NCBI RefSeq assembly: GCF_009834535.1
Contig: NC_045697.1
Coordinates: 30,568,001-30,632,000 of the forward strand
Length of the DNA stretch: 64,000 nucleotides
From: Camelus ferus
Taxonomy: Eukaryota
Direction of reading: 5' to 3'
In this document: in pieces, positions 26,395 to 39,699 of the stretch
Position numbering within the stretch: position 1 is the first letter of the stretch
How the letters are laid out: every line of letters begins with the position of its first letter
Translations under genes and position numbers: made by a program
The notes under the pieces: generated by a model
Told to the model about the DNA's origin: nothing
The model's database searches: none
The model's input: only the letters and a program-made list of their open reading frames with translations

Positions 26395-28392
26395 CGAGCC
26401 TGTATTTTAAGGAATTTGTTTCTCAATGCCCTGGAAGGGTGTTTCTTTCATTTTAATTCCCTTCGCATGTTGTGTTCTCTGTTGTCCTTCATGCCTCTCT
26501 GTCAGAGCTGGCCTCTGTCCTGTTCGCCCGTGTGGTGGGCTCCTCCTTGCAACGCTCTAGTTCATGGTCCCATCTCCTGTTACTTCCCACGGCAGCCCCT
26601 AAGCCCCCTCTTCCATGAACACTTTCTCCCATCAGGAAGCGAATCTCAGAAGTCCCCCATCTATTTCTCCCTGCATTTCTGTGGCACGGGCCCTGTCTGC
26701 ACCGTATGCTGGCTATTGGGTACATTGTATCCCTCATGCTGGACTAGGGGCTCCCCATGGACAGGGAAAGTGGTGCTTGTGTTTATTGTCCGTCTAACCT
26801 AGCCTCTGGTTCAATGTCTGCTGCAAAGTCAGAATTGTTTTAATTAATTAAAACTGACAACTCCAGCTACCAAAATATTTGTGATGTTTCAGAGCTTTAT
26901 GACGGCTCATAAAATACTGGTTAGTGATGTATGAGTAGAAAAAGAATGGCTGTGCGGGGAGAGCAAAGTGCACACACTGGAAGTCACTGCTGGTGACCTT
27001 GGGCCAACGCAGTTCCCAGCCTCAAACCTCGGCTTCCCTGTCCTGAGTGAAAGTGTTGATCTAGCAAAGGTCTGTTCTATGGTGAACATTTTACCCTCTT
27101 ATAGCTCTTGGTCAGCCCTGTAGGTTTCTTGTCTTTGAAGTGCCTCCCCAGTTATGTGAATGAAGAAATTCAAGGTCTAAATGACACTGCAACTCAATTA
27201 AAATGAGTTTTAAGTGAACTTTGAGTTTCTGTTTTCCATGTACAGCTTTTCCAAATATATAGAATTTAGAAGTAATAGTCATTGCCTTCTGGGGGCCCAA
27301 ACCCTTGAGATGTATGAACGTACATCACCTTCCTTTTGACAGTGAACAATTTTAAAGAAATGCACACACGCACACACGCACACACACACACAAAACACAC
27401 AACCAACTTGGAACCACAGAGTATTATGTTCAAATCAGACCCCACTAGGAGAATGGTCTGGGTGGGATGATATCACAAAATAAAATAAAACTCAAAAATT
27501 CCCCAAATGGTAAGAAAAACAGAGCCTGTGTGGTAGACAGCCCCGGAAGGGGCAAGCACTTCTGTACAAGTGGCCTCTGACTGTCTGGGCCCGAGTTTTC
27601 ACTTCTCCCTTGGGTTTCTTTAATTTTTTCCTCCACTCTTCCTACCAGTCTCCAAGGATTTGTAGATCTTTATTTCTTTATGCTGAGGCGCAGACAAAAA
27701 TTCTTTTCTTTTCCTTCCTTCACTCAGTATGTTGAAAAAAAAAAAACCAGCTAAGAAAAAGGAAGAGGAAGAAGGGAGGGCAGAGGAAGGAAGTATCACC
27801 AGGCTGAGTATTCAGTGTATGGGTCCCTGATCCCGAGGAGAATCTATCCCTCCCCCTAGATACTGGGGGTTAGGATGGTGGGCGCTGCTGGCAAGGCCAT
27901 AGGCCCATGACTCTTTCCTCCCTCCTCCTGTCAGCTGCTGGTCCACAACGTCATCTCCCTGCTTAAGGATGAATCCACTTAATTACCCTGAACCATCAAT
28001 ATCAAAGGAAGACCAGTTATGTGACCTTTAGGAAGTTCCCTAATCCTCAAGGACGTCATGCCAATTTTTTTTTTTAAGCTTCTATTTAGAGCTCTTGTTT
28101 CATCGGCTGAGCATCCATAATTGATACCGCAAAAGCCCCGTCCCTTTCACTTTGTTTCTCAGCTTCACACATGGTTTAGTTGGTCTAGTTTACAAATGGT
28201 GGGAAACAGCAGATTTCCAGCCATGGTCGTTGTGGCAGGACTTGACTTCCTTTTTCCCTTATCTGTCTCTGGAGGGAAGTGTCTCTTTGGTAAAGAATCT
28301 GGGACTTTGTTGGTAAACTAATGTCTTGAGGTTAAAATAAATAAATGGTCGATATTAGGGGGAAAAAAATGTCTTGCTTTGAAGAAAATGCT

Positions 28393-28568
28393 AGTGGTTC
28401 TTCAGCTTCCCCGCATGTGGTCCCCAAACCAGCAGCCTCACCATCACCTGGGAGCTTGTTAGCAAGGCACACCCTCCCCAGGCCTTCTAAATCAGAAACT
28501 CTGGGGACACAGCGGTCTGTGTGATAAGAAGCCCTCCAGATGTTTCCAACATGTGATCTGAGCCACTG
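28393..28568 (+). mobile_element. MER5A-like hAT-Charlie element
   Basis: agtggttcttc...tgtggtccccaaaccagcagcctcaccatcacctgggagcttgttag...aatcagaaactctgggg...tgagccactg. Confidence 0.75.
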
Positions 28569-28569
28569 G

Positions 28570-29030
28570 GTTGTGCAATATCCACGCTCCCTTTTTTTTT
28601 TTTTTCATACTAGTAGAACCTCAGGGCAGCATTGTGCCCAGCTAAAAGGTAAGATTCCTTATCATCCTTGCCGTAGAATTCGTTCAGGTGATAAAAGCAG
28701 AAGTCATTGGGCGAGGCTCTGGGAAACCTCATTAAAGGGGGCTGCCTCCACTGGCAGAAACACCCTTGTTTTTGCCCCCTTCCTTCTACTATCTGTCTGG
28801 AACTAGAAGTCTGGCAGCCATTGTGGACCATAAGGTGACTTTGAAGATGGATGTGACTAAGGATAGAGGAGCAGAGAGACTGAAAGAGCATCTGCCCCTG
28901 TTAAGAGGCGCCCCCATACCAGCCCTGACAGCCCTTCTTCAACCTCCTTAGGAGAGAGAGAGAGAAATCTCTGTCTTGTTTAGGCCATGTGGGTTTTTTG
29001 TTGTGTGCCGTTGGATCCAGCCCTAATATA
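28570..29030 (+). mobile_element. Old MaLR LTR (MLT1H-J-like)
   Basis: ggcagccattgtggaccataaggtgactttgaagatgga ... ctgtcttgtttaggccat...ccctaatata. Confidence 0.6.
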
Positions 29031-29040
29031 TTTTGTATTT

Positions 29041-29256
29041 CAGTTGACCTTGAACAATGTGAGGGTTTAGGGGTGCTGACACTCAGCAATCAAAAATCTG
29101 CTGTAACTTTACAGTTGGCTCTCCTTCTCTGGGGTTCCTCATCCACAGATTCCACCCGCCTTGGTTCATAGACTACTGTAGTACCTATTTATTGACAAAA
29201 CTCTGCATGTAAGTGGACCCATGAAGTTAAGACCCGTGTTGTTCAAGGGCCAGCTA
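29041..29256 (+). mobile_element. Tigger1-derived MITE
   Basis: TIRs CAGTTGACCTTGAACAA ... TGTTGTTCAAGGGCCAGCTA followed by TA. Confidence 0.82.
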
Positions 29257-31414
29257 TATTTGGATTACTTGTGTATTACCACTCTGAAAAATATTAAGAG
29301 CTAAAAGCCTTCTCCAGAAACACATGGTAAAGGTGGGATATCATTCTTTAAGGTGAGGCATGGACATTGAAGGAAGGAATGAGATGGAGAAAAGATGGAA
29401 AGGACAGTGGGAGAATAAAGGAAGGTGGGGTAAGACCAGAGAAAGGGTCATTCTCAGATGCCCATCCAAGATGGGCTCTTCGTGGACTAGTAAACTGACT
29501 TCATAAATGAAAGGATTATTTCTCACTGTCGCCTGGACTTTAGATAAATCAGCTATTGCCCTAAAACAAACAGACTGCCAGAAATTTCTCCAGCTCATTT
29601 GGAATAAGCAGAGAATTGCAATGTCAGGTCCTTTAACGATTTTTCATTTAAAAAGGGGGAGATAAAGGATGAAAAGAAAATTGGAGATGAGGACAGAGGC
29701 AGGAAAGAATAGTGGGAAATAGTTGGAGGGGCATATAGCTTCTCTGTCTTAGAAGAAATCATAAAGCACAACCCTTTAAGGGGAGAATCAAAGTTGCAAT
29801 TCTTTTATTTTTTTTTCTTAAAGGTCAGTTTGTAAATTAAGCAGCTAAAATATTCAAACTAAAAAGCCAAAGTAAATTATAATGATGAGCTCTTAATCTA
29901 CTTAGATTTTGTTTTTCCTCCCTCCAAATGTAGAATTATATTTCACATCAGCTTCCACCAAAATCCCAGCAACAAAATTGTTTTCCATGGAACCGAGGCT
30001 GGGAGGAGCTCTTATCACATAAAGCCCCCCAGACGGAGTCCTGAGAAGATCCTGTGTGGGACAGTCTGATGATTCATAGGCGCGTAAGTTTAGAGAGGAG
30101 TTTTCAAATCAATTACAACAGTAGAAGAAAAGAATAGCTATGAGGAAAAGGGTACCTCTTCACCCTGACAGGGGCAGGACGTCAATCACATGACCTGTTG
30201 AATCTGTAAACAAACAGCAGGGTCTTCATTGGAGATTGTGAGCTCAGATTGCCAGGGCCAAGTGGGAGGCCCAAGCAGGGGAGGGGAGAATTTCACCAAC
30301 GATCAGGAGGAAAGGAGAATAGCTCTTTCCTCTTCTAGTCTAATCCGCTATCAGCTGCTCACCAACCAGAAGCATATACAGGAGGGAAATCACAAACTGT
30401 CCCTTTCCCCAATCAGCCTCCACTGTGGTTGTGACAAGAGATGGTGGGGCTCAGGATGGAGCAGTGTGAGCAGTGTAAGAATCAGGGCTTCCCCAAGTCC
30501 TGTCTTTATGTACCTTTTCACCAGCAATGAGCTGGAGTCTGGCTTGCCATCAGAGTCCAGTCACCCTATACATTTCAAGATCACCTTGAGAATTTCCTAA
30601 TGCCCTCAAATCAAGCCAAATTCTCAAAAAAGCTGCCAACTTAGACTGTATTGTCTTCCACTGTTTTAATTAAGCTGTTCTAATTAAATTTCTCACCACC
30701 TCAGAACATGTGGTCTGGGAGTCAGATTTAATTTGGTTTATTAAAATAATGTGCTGTTGAGTGAAATTTATATCTGTCTCCTTAGGTTTGTCTGGAGATG
30801 GTTCATTCTGAAGCCTGACCAAGAGGGGGCTTTTCCCTTCATTCTTCCCGCAGAAGCACAGGCAGGCTCTGGCGCTGCCTGCTCCAGCTCCCCCAGGGAA
30901 ACACAGATGGAAGCCAGAGCAAGAAGTGAGGTGACAGCAACAAGGCCAGAGAAGCAGGAGGATAGGCACAAAGACCTAAGGGGCTCTGGAGAAAGGGTGA
31001 CAGAGGGGGAAGCCAGAGAGGAGACACAAGGTTAGACCCAAGGGGAAGAGCTGAGAACCCTTCCACCATCTTCTGGGTTTTGTGTTTTGCCTGAGCGTCT
31101 CACAGGAAGGTAACTTCCGTTTGCTGAGGGACTAGGCGTTCCAACCCTACCATCACTGGGTGGCACTGGGTCACACGCCGATGCCTGGAGCCAGAGGCTG
31201 GGGCCTGTTGTGAGGCCGATTTGCTGCTTCCTTCTAGGGACTGGCCTTCTTCTCTCCTCCTTCCTTTGGCCCTTTTAGCTCAGAAGCTCCAGTGGGAGGA
31301 AACTTTACTCTTTCAGTACCCATTTTATAATCCCAGGAAGGCATTCTGCCTGACCTTCCTTGGGCACTCCCGCAACAATAGCCCCCAACGTCCACCGACC
31401 ACAGTGAGGACAGC

Positions 31415-31660
31415 AGCACTGTACGGCACAGTAATTACAGTTAACAATACTCTGCTACGTACTTGCACGGCTAAGAGAGTAGACCTTAAATATTCTCACC
31501 TCAAAAAAGAAATGGTAATTATGTGAGGTGATGGAAGCGTTACTTAATACTGCGGTGGTAATCATTTCAGAACATACAACTGTACCAAGTCAATGCTGTA
31601 CACCTAAGACTTACACAGTGTTATATGTCAATTATATCTCAACACAGAGGTGGGGAAAAG
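31415..31660 (+). mobile_element. LINE-1 3'UTR end (L1MA-like)
   Basis: gctaagagagtagaccttaaatattctcacc...aaatggtaattatgtgaggtgatgg...gttatatgtcaattatatctcaa. Confidence 0.8.
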
Positions 31661-34554
31661 AGGTTTGGCAAGTTTCTACCCACACTCCTGAAACTTCCAT
31701 CCTCTGCTTTGAGAAGAGCACGCCCCAGGCAGCCGTCACTCCTTTGCTCTGGTCCAGGAGAGCAGGTCAACAGAGCAGACCTAAACCTGAAGCCCCGCCC
31801 AAACTAGCCAGCCAGAGGTCAGAGGTCAGCTGCACTGTGACTCACCGGCAGACCTATAACCATGAAATAAATGCTTCTAAGTTGCTGAAATTTGAGGATA
31901 TTTGTTACATAGATTATTACAGAAGAGATCTAATGTACGAAGACCATGGCCAAGAATTACAGCCTGGATGATGGAGGAATGAAGGGCTGATTATAAACAG
32001 AGACTTGGAAAAGAGAAGCAGAGCAGATCTAGGGGACAGGAAGAGCAGCATGATTTTCGTTTTGTTTTGATTTATAAAAAAAATGATACAATTCTTACCT
32101 TAAGTTCTAGTGAGCTATCAGGTCTGGCCTTGGAATGGTACTCATCACTGGATTTCAGGGCCTTGCACATACTCGGCACATCATAGATACATAATAAATG
32201 TTGGTTAAACAAATGAGCAAGTGAATGTGGGATAATAACAGGATATCCAAGAGGAAATTCTCTAGACAGAAACATGAATCAGGTCTCAGGTAAGAGAACT
32301 GAATTTAGTGATAATGGAACCACTAGTGCAGCGGTGGTGGTCAAGCTGTAAGAGGCTATGCATTCCGGAGGGGGAAGTGTAGGGACAGAGGAGCGAACGG
32401 CTAACGACAGGCCCTTGGGTGTCTAGTGTCAGAAGGTGGGAGGATTTAGTGAGGTCTGTGGTGAACACAGAGAAAGAACGATTGAAGAGGGTAGGGAGGG
32501 CGAGGGCTTTGTAGGGTCACTCAAACCAAAGGCGGGAAGGGTTTCAAGGGTCAGTAATGTCAATCGCAGTAGAGAGGTCGAAAAGAACGAGGCTGGGGAA
32601 GAGACCTAGAATTTCTCTCGAAAGGACATCATCAGCGGACTTAGAGAGAAATGCTTTCTACCATGTGTAAAAGTTCGATTAACATCCAACAGAAAATATG
32701 TAAAGACAGCTGAAACAAGACAGACATGAATAAACTGTGGGGGCAGAGCTTTGTTGATTTAAGGCACCAAAATATCTGAAAGCAACTTTGGCTCTTTAGG
32801 GTCATTGTCAAAAAAATGTCATATGAAACTAGATATGCAAAAATCATTTTAAAAATTGAAAAAAAATCAGACACCGTCACCTCCCTCAAATACTCTGTAT
32901 TTTTCTCTTTTCATTCTTTTCCCTTCGGAAATAAAGAAAGCAGCTACAGAGAACTCCTGCAGAGAAAACATATTTCCATCTAAGCCAAGTATTTGGAAAG
33001 CAGAGGACAGCTAGCTTCGGCTAACAATGTATTAATTCACAACAGCCACAAGCTTCATAAATAATAGCTGGATGTCAAGGGGAGCCTCTCCCGTGACCTA
33101 GAGCTGAGATGGTAGGTGGAGGGTGCAGTGTAAACTCGTTAGTAGAAAGGAACTTGGGCTTCCACTTCAAATGAGGATTCCTTACTTGGCCATACGGGGT
33201 AATTAACCAAAGAGCAGTTATAGAGTATAAGGGATCCATTTGTTTGATAACAAGTAAGAATCCAATTTCACTGAGCTTCGCGAAAGACGCTAAAGAAGTG
33301 ATAAGAACGTCCAGCGTTTGCAAGCAAACTGACAGCAAACTGTCTGAGTGAGCGGCTAACTTCAGACAGACAGCCAGGAGGCTCTGAGAAAAGGCTCTGT
33401 TGAAACAACAGTAAGAAATTCTACAGCCTAATAAATGCCGTTGGGAGAAAGGAGTTAGAAATAGTGATAGTTTAAAGTTCAATTATAATGAAATTATTAG
33501 TAAGTTAATAGTAATAGAGGAGGAAAGAAAACAGTAACTCCTTAAAACGGATTGACCAAAATATCCCAGAAGAGCAATATAACATGCCCATTTGTTTTCT
33601 GGCTTCTTATCGTTATAAATGATGGACTATCCAAGCAACAGCAAACCCATTAATCAAGACCGTAAACAATTAAAATCTTTTTCCAGATCCGGGAAAGCAT
33701 CAGAATGATCAAGACAGTGCCAAAAAAGGGAACATAAATTTCAGCCAGCTCTTTGGATCTGGGAAGTGTTTAGGCTACCCAGCCAAAAAGTCAGAGAGCA
33801 AAAAGTCTAAACCAAGCTGATAACAACTGATCATTAATTAGAACTGAAGCCAACTATCTCAGTCTCGAGTAATGTCTTGGCTACTCAGCTAAGAGCCAGA
33901 AAGCCAAAGGTCCAACTTGGGTTCATGATGATTAATCACAGGCAAAGCCACTGCCCAGAAAAGCGCCTGTTAATGAAGGGGCGCCTTTGAGAAGAAGCAG
34001 CCCCAAGAGAAGCTGCCAGGGACCCCTTTGGGAAAAGAGAAGAGAAGATAGGGGACCTTGTTCACTCTGTTTGGGGGCTCAAACTAAGGCTGGAGCCCTG
34101 GAATTAATAACCATGTACACCGAATTCCAACATTAAAAGGCAAACTGAGCATCTGATAACTCATCTTTACTGCAAGGATTTTTTAAAAAATGAGATTCTG
34201 GTCTTTGACTACTTTGAAATAGGAGGAAGGTATAGATAGGAAAGCAAGAGAGAAATAATGGAGATATTTTTAAATAAAAGGTGTCCAAATGGAAGTTAAA
34301 TGTTGTTGGCACCAAGAGTTAGATACCAAATGGAAATTTGTAAGACAAATTTGTGACAGTGGGAAGTATGTATGTGACAGTGGAAAGTGACTATGTAGGG
34401 ATAATTTAGAGGAGATTTAAGAATTGGATGTCACTCATAAGCTCATGCATACTGATATTTAAATTCATTTCAGCATCTATACAAAAGTATTTTCCCCATC
34501 TAATCAGAGAAGGCACAAGGACCTTTTTATGCACACATCCATTTTCTTTATAAT

Positions 34555-34725
34555 ATTATATTTCATGGATTCTAGGCTGCACCTTATTTTTACATTTAAT
34601 ATCTCTGAAGTCAGAATGTATCTTACAATCATGACACGTCACAATTTAATTGAAGGTGTTTTTACTTTCTTATTGGTACCAAAACAATGACATTTCTTAC
34701 AATCGATGCCACTAAATATGATGTA
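34555..34725. mobile_element. TcMar-Tc2-like short element (MER104-like)
   Basis: catttaatatctctgaagtcagaatgtatcttacaatc ... cttacaatcgatg. Confidence 0.5.
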
Positions 34726-35059
34726 GTTCACGAATAGCCTCTGAATCGAGTGGTCCCCATGCAGCAGATGGGTGATTTGTCTGCACTTACGCCACCCCAA
34801 CTCTTGCCCCTTGAGGTCTGAAATACAGAAAGTTGGAGGTGTTCCTGAGGACCATGGATGCATACATAGCTGAACAGTCGCAAGAAAGGTTTGCATGTAT
34901 CTAATACAGAGGGAACAGGGGCGTTCCGGTCATGCCCTGAGGTCTTTGCACGCAATGCAATTTGTGAGCTTCTCAGCTCATTCTGTATGGAGTTCAGGTT
35001 CTTGGGAACACAGGGAGGAGATGGGCTGCACTAGGAATCTTCCTTCATACTATATACTG

Positions 35060-35245
35060 ATATTGTACTCAGGACTCATTCATCTCTCATAACAACACAG
35101 TAAAATGGCCCTTCCCATTTTACAGATGAGGGAACTGAGGCTTCAACATGGTAGGTAATCTGCCAAAGGTCACACTGCTAAGTGTGGAGGCCAGTAACTA
35201 GACATAGGTCCACGTGGCTTCAGAGCCCATGAGCTTAATCATTAC
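35060..35245 (-). mobile_element. MIR SINE
   Basis: cccattttacagatgagggaactgaggctt...tgccaaaggtcacactgctaagtg. Confidence 0.75.
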
Positions 35246-36371
35246 ATCACCCTGACTCTACCATGACAGTCTTTGGACAATACAAAATATCGATGAATCA
35301 CAAGGACTGGATAGGAGATGGGGAGGTGGAAGAGAATGGAGAAAATCAATTTTAAACAAGAGGAGAAAGTAAAGGTAAGGAAAACCCTCACCCTCAAGTC
35401 TCGACACCGTCTATAATTGAGGGTTTTCATTCTAGGAAGGTGGCTTTGTGAATGGTGGGACTGGTGGCTCTGAGCCCATTGCTTCCCTATTCTTGTAGGC
35501 ACACCTCAAGAACATGAATGAGTCAACTGTTCAGTCCCTGGGATTCAAATGGTGTGTAATAAAACCTGTACCACTTTTCCACCGCCAGAAGATGCAAGTT
35601 TTATTCTTCAAAAAGTTGATTAAAATTCTCAGTGTCTTAATTGTCCAGAGAAAGAACCATAAAATCATTATATTCAAATCTGAACTGTGAACTCTGTGTG
35701 TGTTCGTTCAGAGATACACACCATTTTAAAAGCTGTAAAACATAATTACTTGGGTAAGCTCTGAACATGTGTGATATTTCACAAATACCACTCTGATGTA
35801 TCTAGGTTATGTTTACACATTTTAAGACACATTAGGGTAATTTCCATGGGAAAAAAAATGTGTATTTTCTCCCAAATTCTATGTAAATGGTAATTTTGAA
35901 TGCATAAGTACATTTTTGGTTAAAGAGAACATCATTGTCACTTAATATATTACTGGAGATATACACAGATGTTGTTTATGTTTGCGTTTTATGTAAATTG
36001 CCTTTCAGTGGAGAAGAAATGTATACATAAGATTTCAACTTGTTATGTTTTACGTATTTAGTTTGTGTAGTTTGTTTATGTTTCACAGAAAGCAAATATA
36101 AGAAGGCAATAGAAACCAGCATATTGCATCAAGCTTTCTAGTAGTTTTAAATTAAGTGCCCTGCATTTGTTAGCCTTTACAAATGCTGAGGAATTAAGAG
36201 GCACTTGGAAGACTGTGTCTTCTACTGCACCCCACGGACAGCAGTTTCGGCAGTTAACTGGTCTTTTCTCTGAGGGCAGTCATTCCCACCCTGGTTTCTT
36301 TGCTCGTGATGTCTCTTCAGATCCCATTTCCATCTCACCATGTGCCTCCTGGGGTGTTGTCAAGTCCTACC

Positions 36372-37269
36372 CACATTAGTGTCCTGACGCTACTATAACA
36401 AATTACTACAAACCTGGTGGCTTCAAACAGCAAAAATGTATTCTCTCCAAGTTCTGGAGGCCAGAAATCAGTTTCATGAGGCCGGATCAAGGTGTCAGCA
36501 CGGCTGTGCTCCCTTTGAAGGCTCTGGGGGAGAATCCATTCCTTACGTTTTCAGCTTCTGGTGGCTGCTGGTCATTCTTGACTTGTGGCCATTTATCAGT
36601 CCAACCTCTGCCCCCGGGGTCATGCTGCCTCTCTTTTATAAGGACACTTGTGAATGGATTTGCGCTCACCCAGATAATCCAGAATAACCTCCCCACGTTA
36701 AGATCTGTAATTTAATCACATCTGCAAAGACTATCCTTATGTTGACCTTAAAAATAAAACAGCCAGTTTTCTTACCAGTTATTTTACCAGCAAAAATGGG
36801 TTTATTTGGGAATAGCAGAGAGTTGCAGTTCTGCACAAGTATTCTATAGCAAAAACTACAGGCGAGTCTGGAGAGTTAAAGGAGAGGACCATTCTTTTAT
36901 AGGGGAAAGGGGGAAGTTGGGAGGGGCTGTTATAAATGGTTCATTGGAGGAAACTAGGAGTTCAAAGTGTAGTGGCTTTTCATTGGCTGAGTTGTGACAA
37001 TCTCTCCTGGAGCAGCTGTCGCTGGGCAAGCAAAGAATCTTCCTTCCTCCTGCTTGGGAAGTAAGCTTCCCACTGGGAATGACAGGTTCCTCTCTTCCCG
37101 CTGGGGTCTGTAATTGACATTGAGTGGTAGCCTGTGAGGGCTTCTCCTCCCAGCCTCCCAGCTTCATTTTCAATGAGGTTTCCTTTATTCAATTTCACAC
37201 TTACAACATATGTAGTTTCCAGAGATTAGGACCTGATATCTTTGGGTGGCCGCTATCCTGCATCCTACG
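36372..37269 (-). mobile_element. MLT1 (C/D-like) LTR split by an ERV1-type LTR
   Basis: ataacaaattactacaaacctggtggcttcaaacagc...ttctggaggccagaa...taatcacatctgcaaagac. The LTR resumes after 37203 (ccagagattaggacctgatatctttggg). Confidence 0.78.
36740..37199 (-). mobile_element. ERV1-class solo LTR (~460 bp)
   Basis: TG...CA termini with a perfect 4-bp TSD CTTA (36736-36739 / 37200-37203). AATAAA on the minus strand (tttatt at ~36801) lies near the inferred 3' end. Confidence 0.75.
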
Positions 37270-37454
37270 CTGCTCATTCTTCTAACCCATCTCAAATCCC
37301 GCCTTTTCCATGAAGTAGGAAAGTGGAAGAAGCTCTGAATTGGGAACCAGAAGAGCTAGACTCTAGTTCTGACTTAGAACTAACTTGCTGAGTTATCTTG
37401 GGCACCGCATTTCTTTGGACTTCAACATGCTTGATTATAGGATAGATGAGTTAG

Positions 37455-37632
37455 ATGCAACTTTGTGCCTTGGCATTTTGGGCGAGATAATCCTTTGTAA
37501 TCCTTTGCTGTGAAGGACTTTCATACCCTAATGCCAGTAGGGATCCCAGTCAATATGATAAGCCCCACCCACATTTCCCAGTGTCCTGGGATGGGGTAGG
37601 GGAATAATACTGTCCAAGCTGAGAACCACTGT
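37455..37632 (+). mobile_element. MER20-like hAT element
   Basis: gcattttgggcgagataatcctttg...atgccagtag...cacatttcccagtgtcctggg...ctgagaaccactg. Confidence 0.65.
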
Positions 37633-38249
37633 AGTAGGGTATCTCTAATATCCCCTTTAAAAAGAGTAATATATTTATTGATCCTATTTCCCCTCGGTTT
37701 AGAAGTCAAGTGTGTCATGCCAATTTAAAACAATATTGGAAAACAAGTATCAACAAGAAATAATGCTATAAGCATTTTGACATTTTCCATCCAGTCTTTC
37801 TTCATCCATTTCTGTACACTTTAAAACTCCGATTGCCTCTCACTGTATCTTCCGTTTCATAACTTGTTACTCCTCTAAACCATAAATATGAGCATTCTTC
37901 CATGTCGTGAAATATTCCTCTGAGATGATTTCCAATGAAACTTAGAATTTCATCTATGTCATTAGTATAACACTAGGAGTCACATCACTCTGACCCTGTG
38001 AACACAATACACCTTTTTTTCTTCTCCTGTTTTTTGCACCATTTCTGCACCAGCTTATAGTATGCTTTTTGTTCTCCATTTTTAAAATGAATGCATAAGA
38101 TTATAAAATCATTGAGAGCAGGTACTGGAAAAATGCCAACTTGAATAAAAATCAACTAAATATAGGAAGCACATAAAATATCTTTAAACACTTCCTTTCT
38201 AAATGGATGCTTTTTCCTGGTGCTGTTTTAGCCTGGGGGTGGAGATAAC

Positions 38250-38490
38250 AATAATAGTAATTAACACTCAGGCAGCATTTTTGTATGCCAGGCACATTCT
38301 AAGTGTTTGACATATATGGATTCATTTAACTCTTACAATAAGCATATTAGGTAGGTACTCTTAGAAGAAAACTGAAGCTCAGAGAGGCCAAGGAACTTGC
38401 CCAAGGCCACACAGCTAGTAAGTGGCAGAGCTGGGCTCTCAGCTCAGGTGGTGTGGATCCCGATGTCTGCGCTCTTCACTGCTACACCAT
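38250..38490 (-). mobile_element. MIR SINE (near full length)
   Basis: tatgccaggcacattctaagtg...gaaaactgaagctcagagaggccaaggaacttgcccaaggccacacagctagtaagtggcagagctggg. Confidence 0.85.
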
Positions 38491-38958
38491 ATAGACTCTT
38501 GAACAGGCAACACCAGGAGAGCTGGGGAGACCCTGGGAGCTAGGGGCTTGCCTCTGTCTCTTAGGGGTCTAGGACGAGGGTCAGCCTGCACCAGGTGGGT
38601 GATGGGTTAAGCGTCTGGAAATGCTTCAGGTGCTTCTTCAATATTTATATCTACCCCAGAACACGATCTGCTTCTGAGGAAGAGGATACATTTAGATTTC
38701 TCTTTTATGTGTGAAGTCCTGAGTTATTTGGCAGACTATTTTTTAATTTTTCTCTCTGATATTTTAGCACCCTGAAAGATGAGCACCTCAGGCTGTTGTG
38801 CAGCCAACCAGCTTTCGTCCAGCTCCTTCTAGAAGCATGTAGGGGGCTGGGGGGTGCTCCTCTGGCACCTGTTGAGGAGTGGGTGTTTCTACTTCTCTCT
38901 CTAAACAGCTCTTGACTGAAGTTAAGGGTGACACTTCCCAAACTAGGGCAGTGGACAG

Positions 38959-39508
38959 TGTAGGGAGCAAAATTTGCCACCCCAAATTGTGGCGTGAGGA
39001 TTGATTTAGACTGATTATTTTTAATACCCAAAGACTCAGGAAGAACTTGTGACTTTTCCCCAACTGCCTAAAAGAGTGTAAATAGAGGTCCTGCTCCAGG
39101 AAGGCCCTCTCATCTATGCAACCACAGTTGGAATTGGGTGCGGTAGACAGCGAGGAACCCAGTGAAGTCTGTTTACTAGAATCCTCTGTGTCCTATAACT
39201 GTCCGGGTCCAGAAAACATTTGTTCGCTAAACAGTTGCTTTCCCATCTCCATGTTACTTGCCTTCTTCCCCTTTGAGGTCCCAAACCACTATCCCAAACC
39301 CCTCTTTTGTCTTCAGTTGAAGATGGTGTTTGAGGGGAAGGCTTAGACCATTTTGGTGAGTTACTCAGTTTTCCTGGGTCTATCCATTGTGTACGTGTTA
39401 TTAAACTTTTGCTTGATTTTCTCCTGTTTATCTGTTTCACATCAGTTTAATTCTTAGACCAGCAAGAGGAACCTAGATAGGTAGAAGGAAATTACTTCCT
39501 CGTCAGTG
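38959..39508 (+). mobile_element. ERV1 solo LTR (MER34-like)
   Basis: Starts TGTAGGGAGCAAAATTTGCCACCCCAAA; has ATTAAACTTTTG...TTTTCTCCTGTT and ends gtagaaggaaattacttcctc. Approximate 4-bp TSD acag/acgg. Confidence 0.72.
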
Positions 39509-39699
39509 ACGGTCAGGACAAATATTACTTAAATGGCAATAAAATGCTTCAAAATACAAATAACAAGTTATTCATGTTATTATTATATGTGTTCTTTAAA
39601 TGTTATTCATGCATAATTGTTCATTCAGCGATGGCATGGTTCTCTGTCTGGTGAAACCTCATTAAATAAACAGATGAACAAAAGATCTTTAGTATCTCT

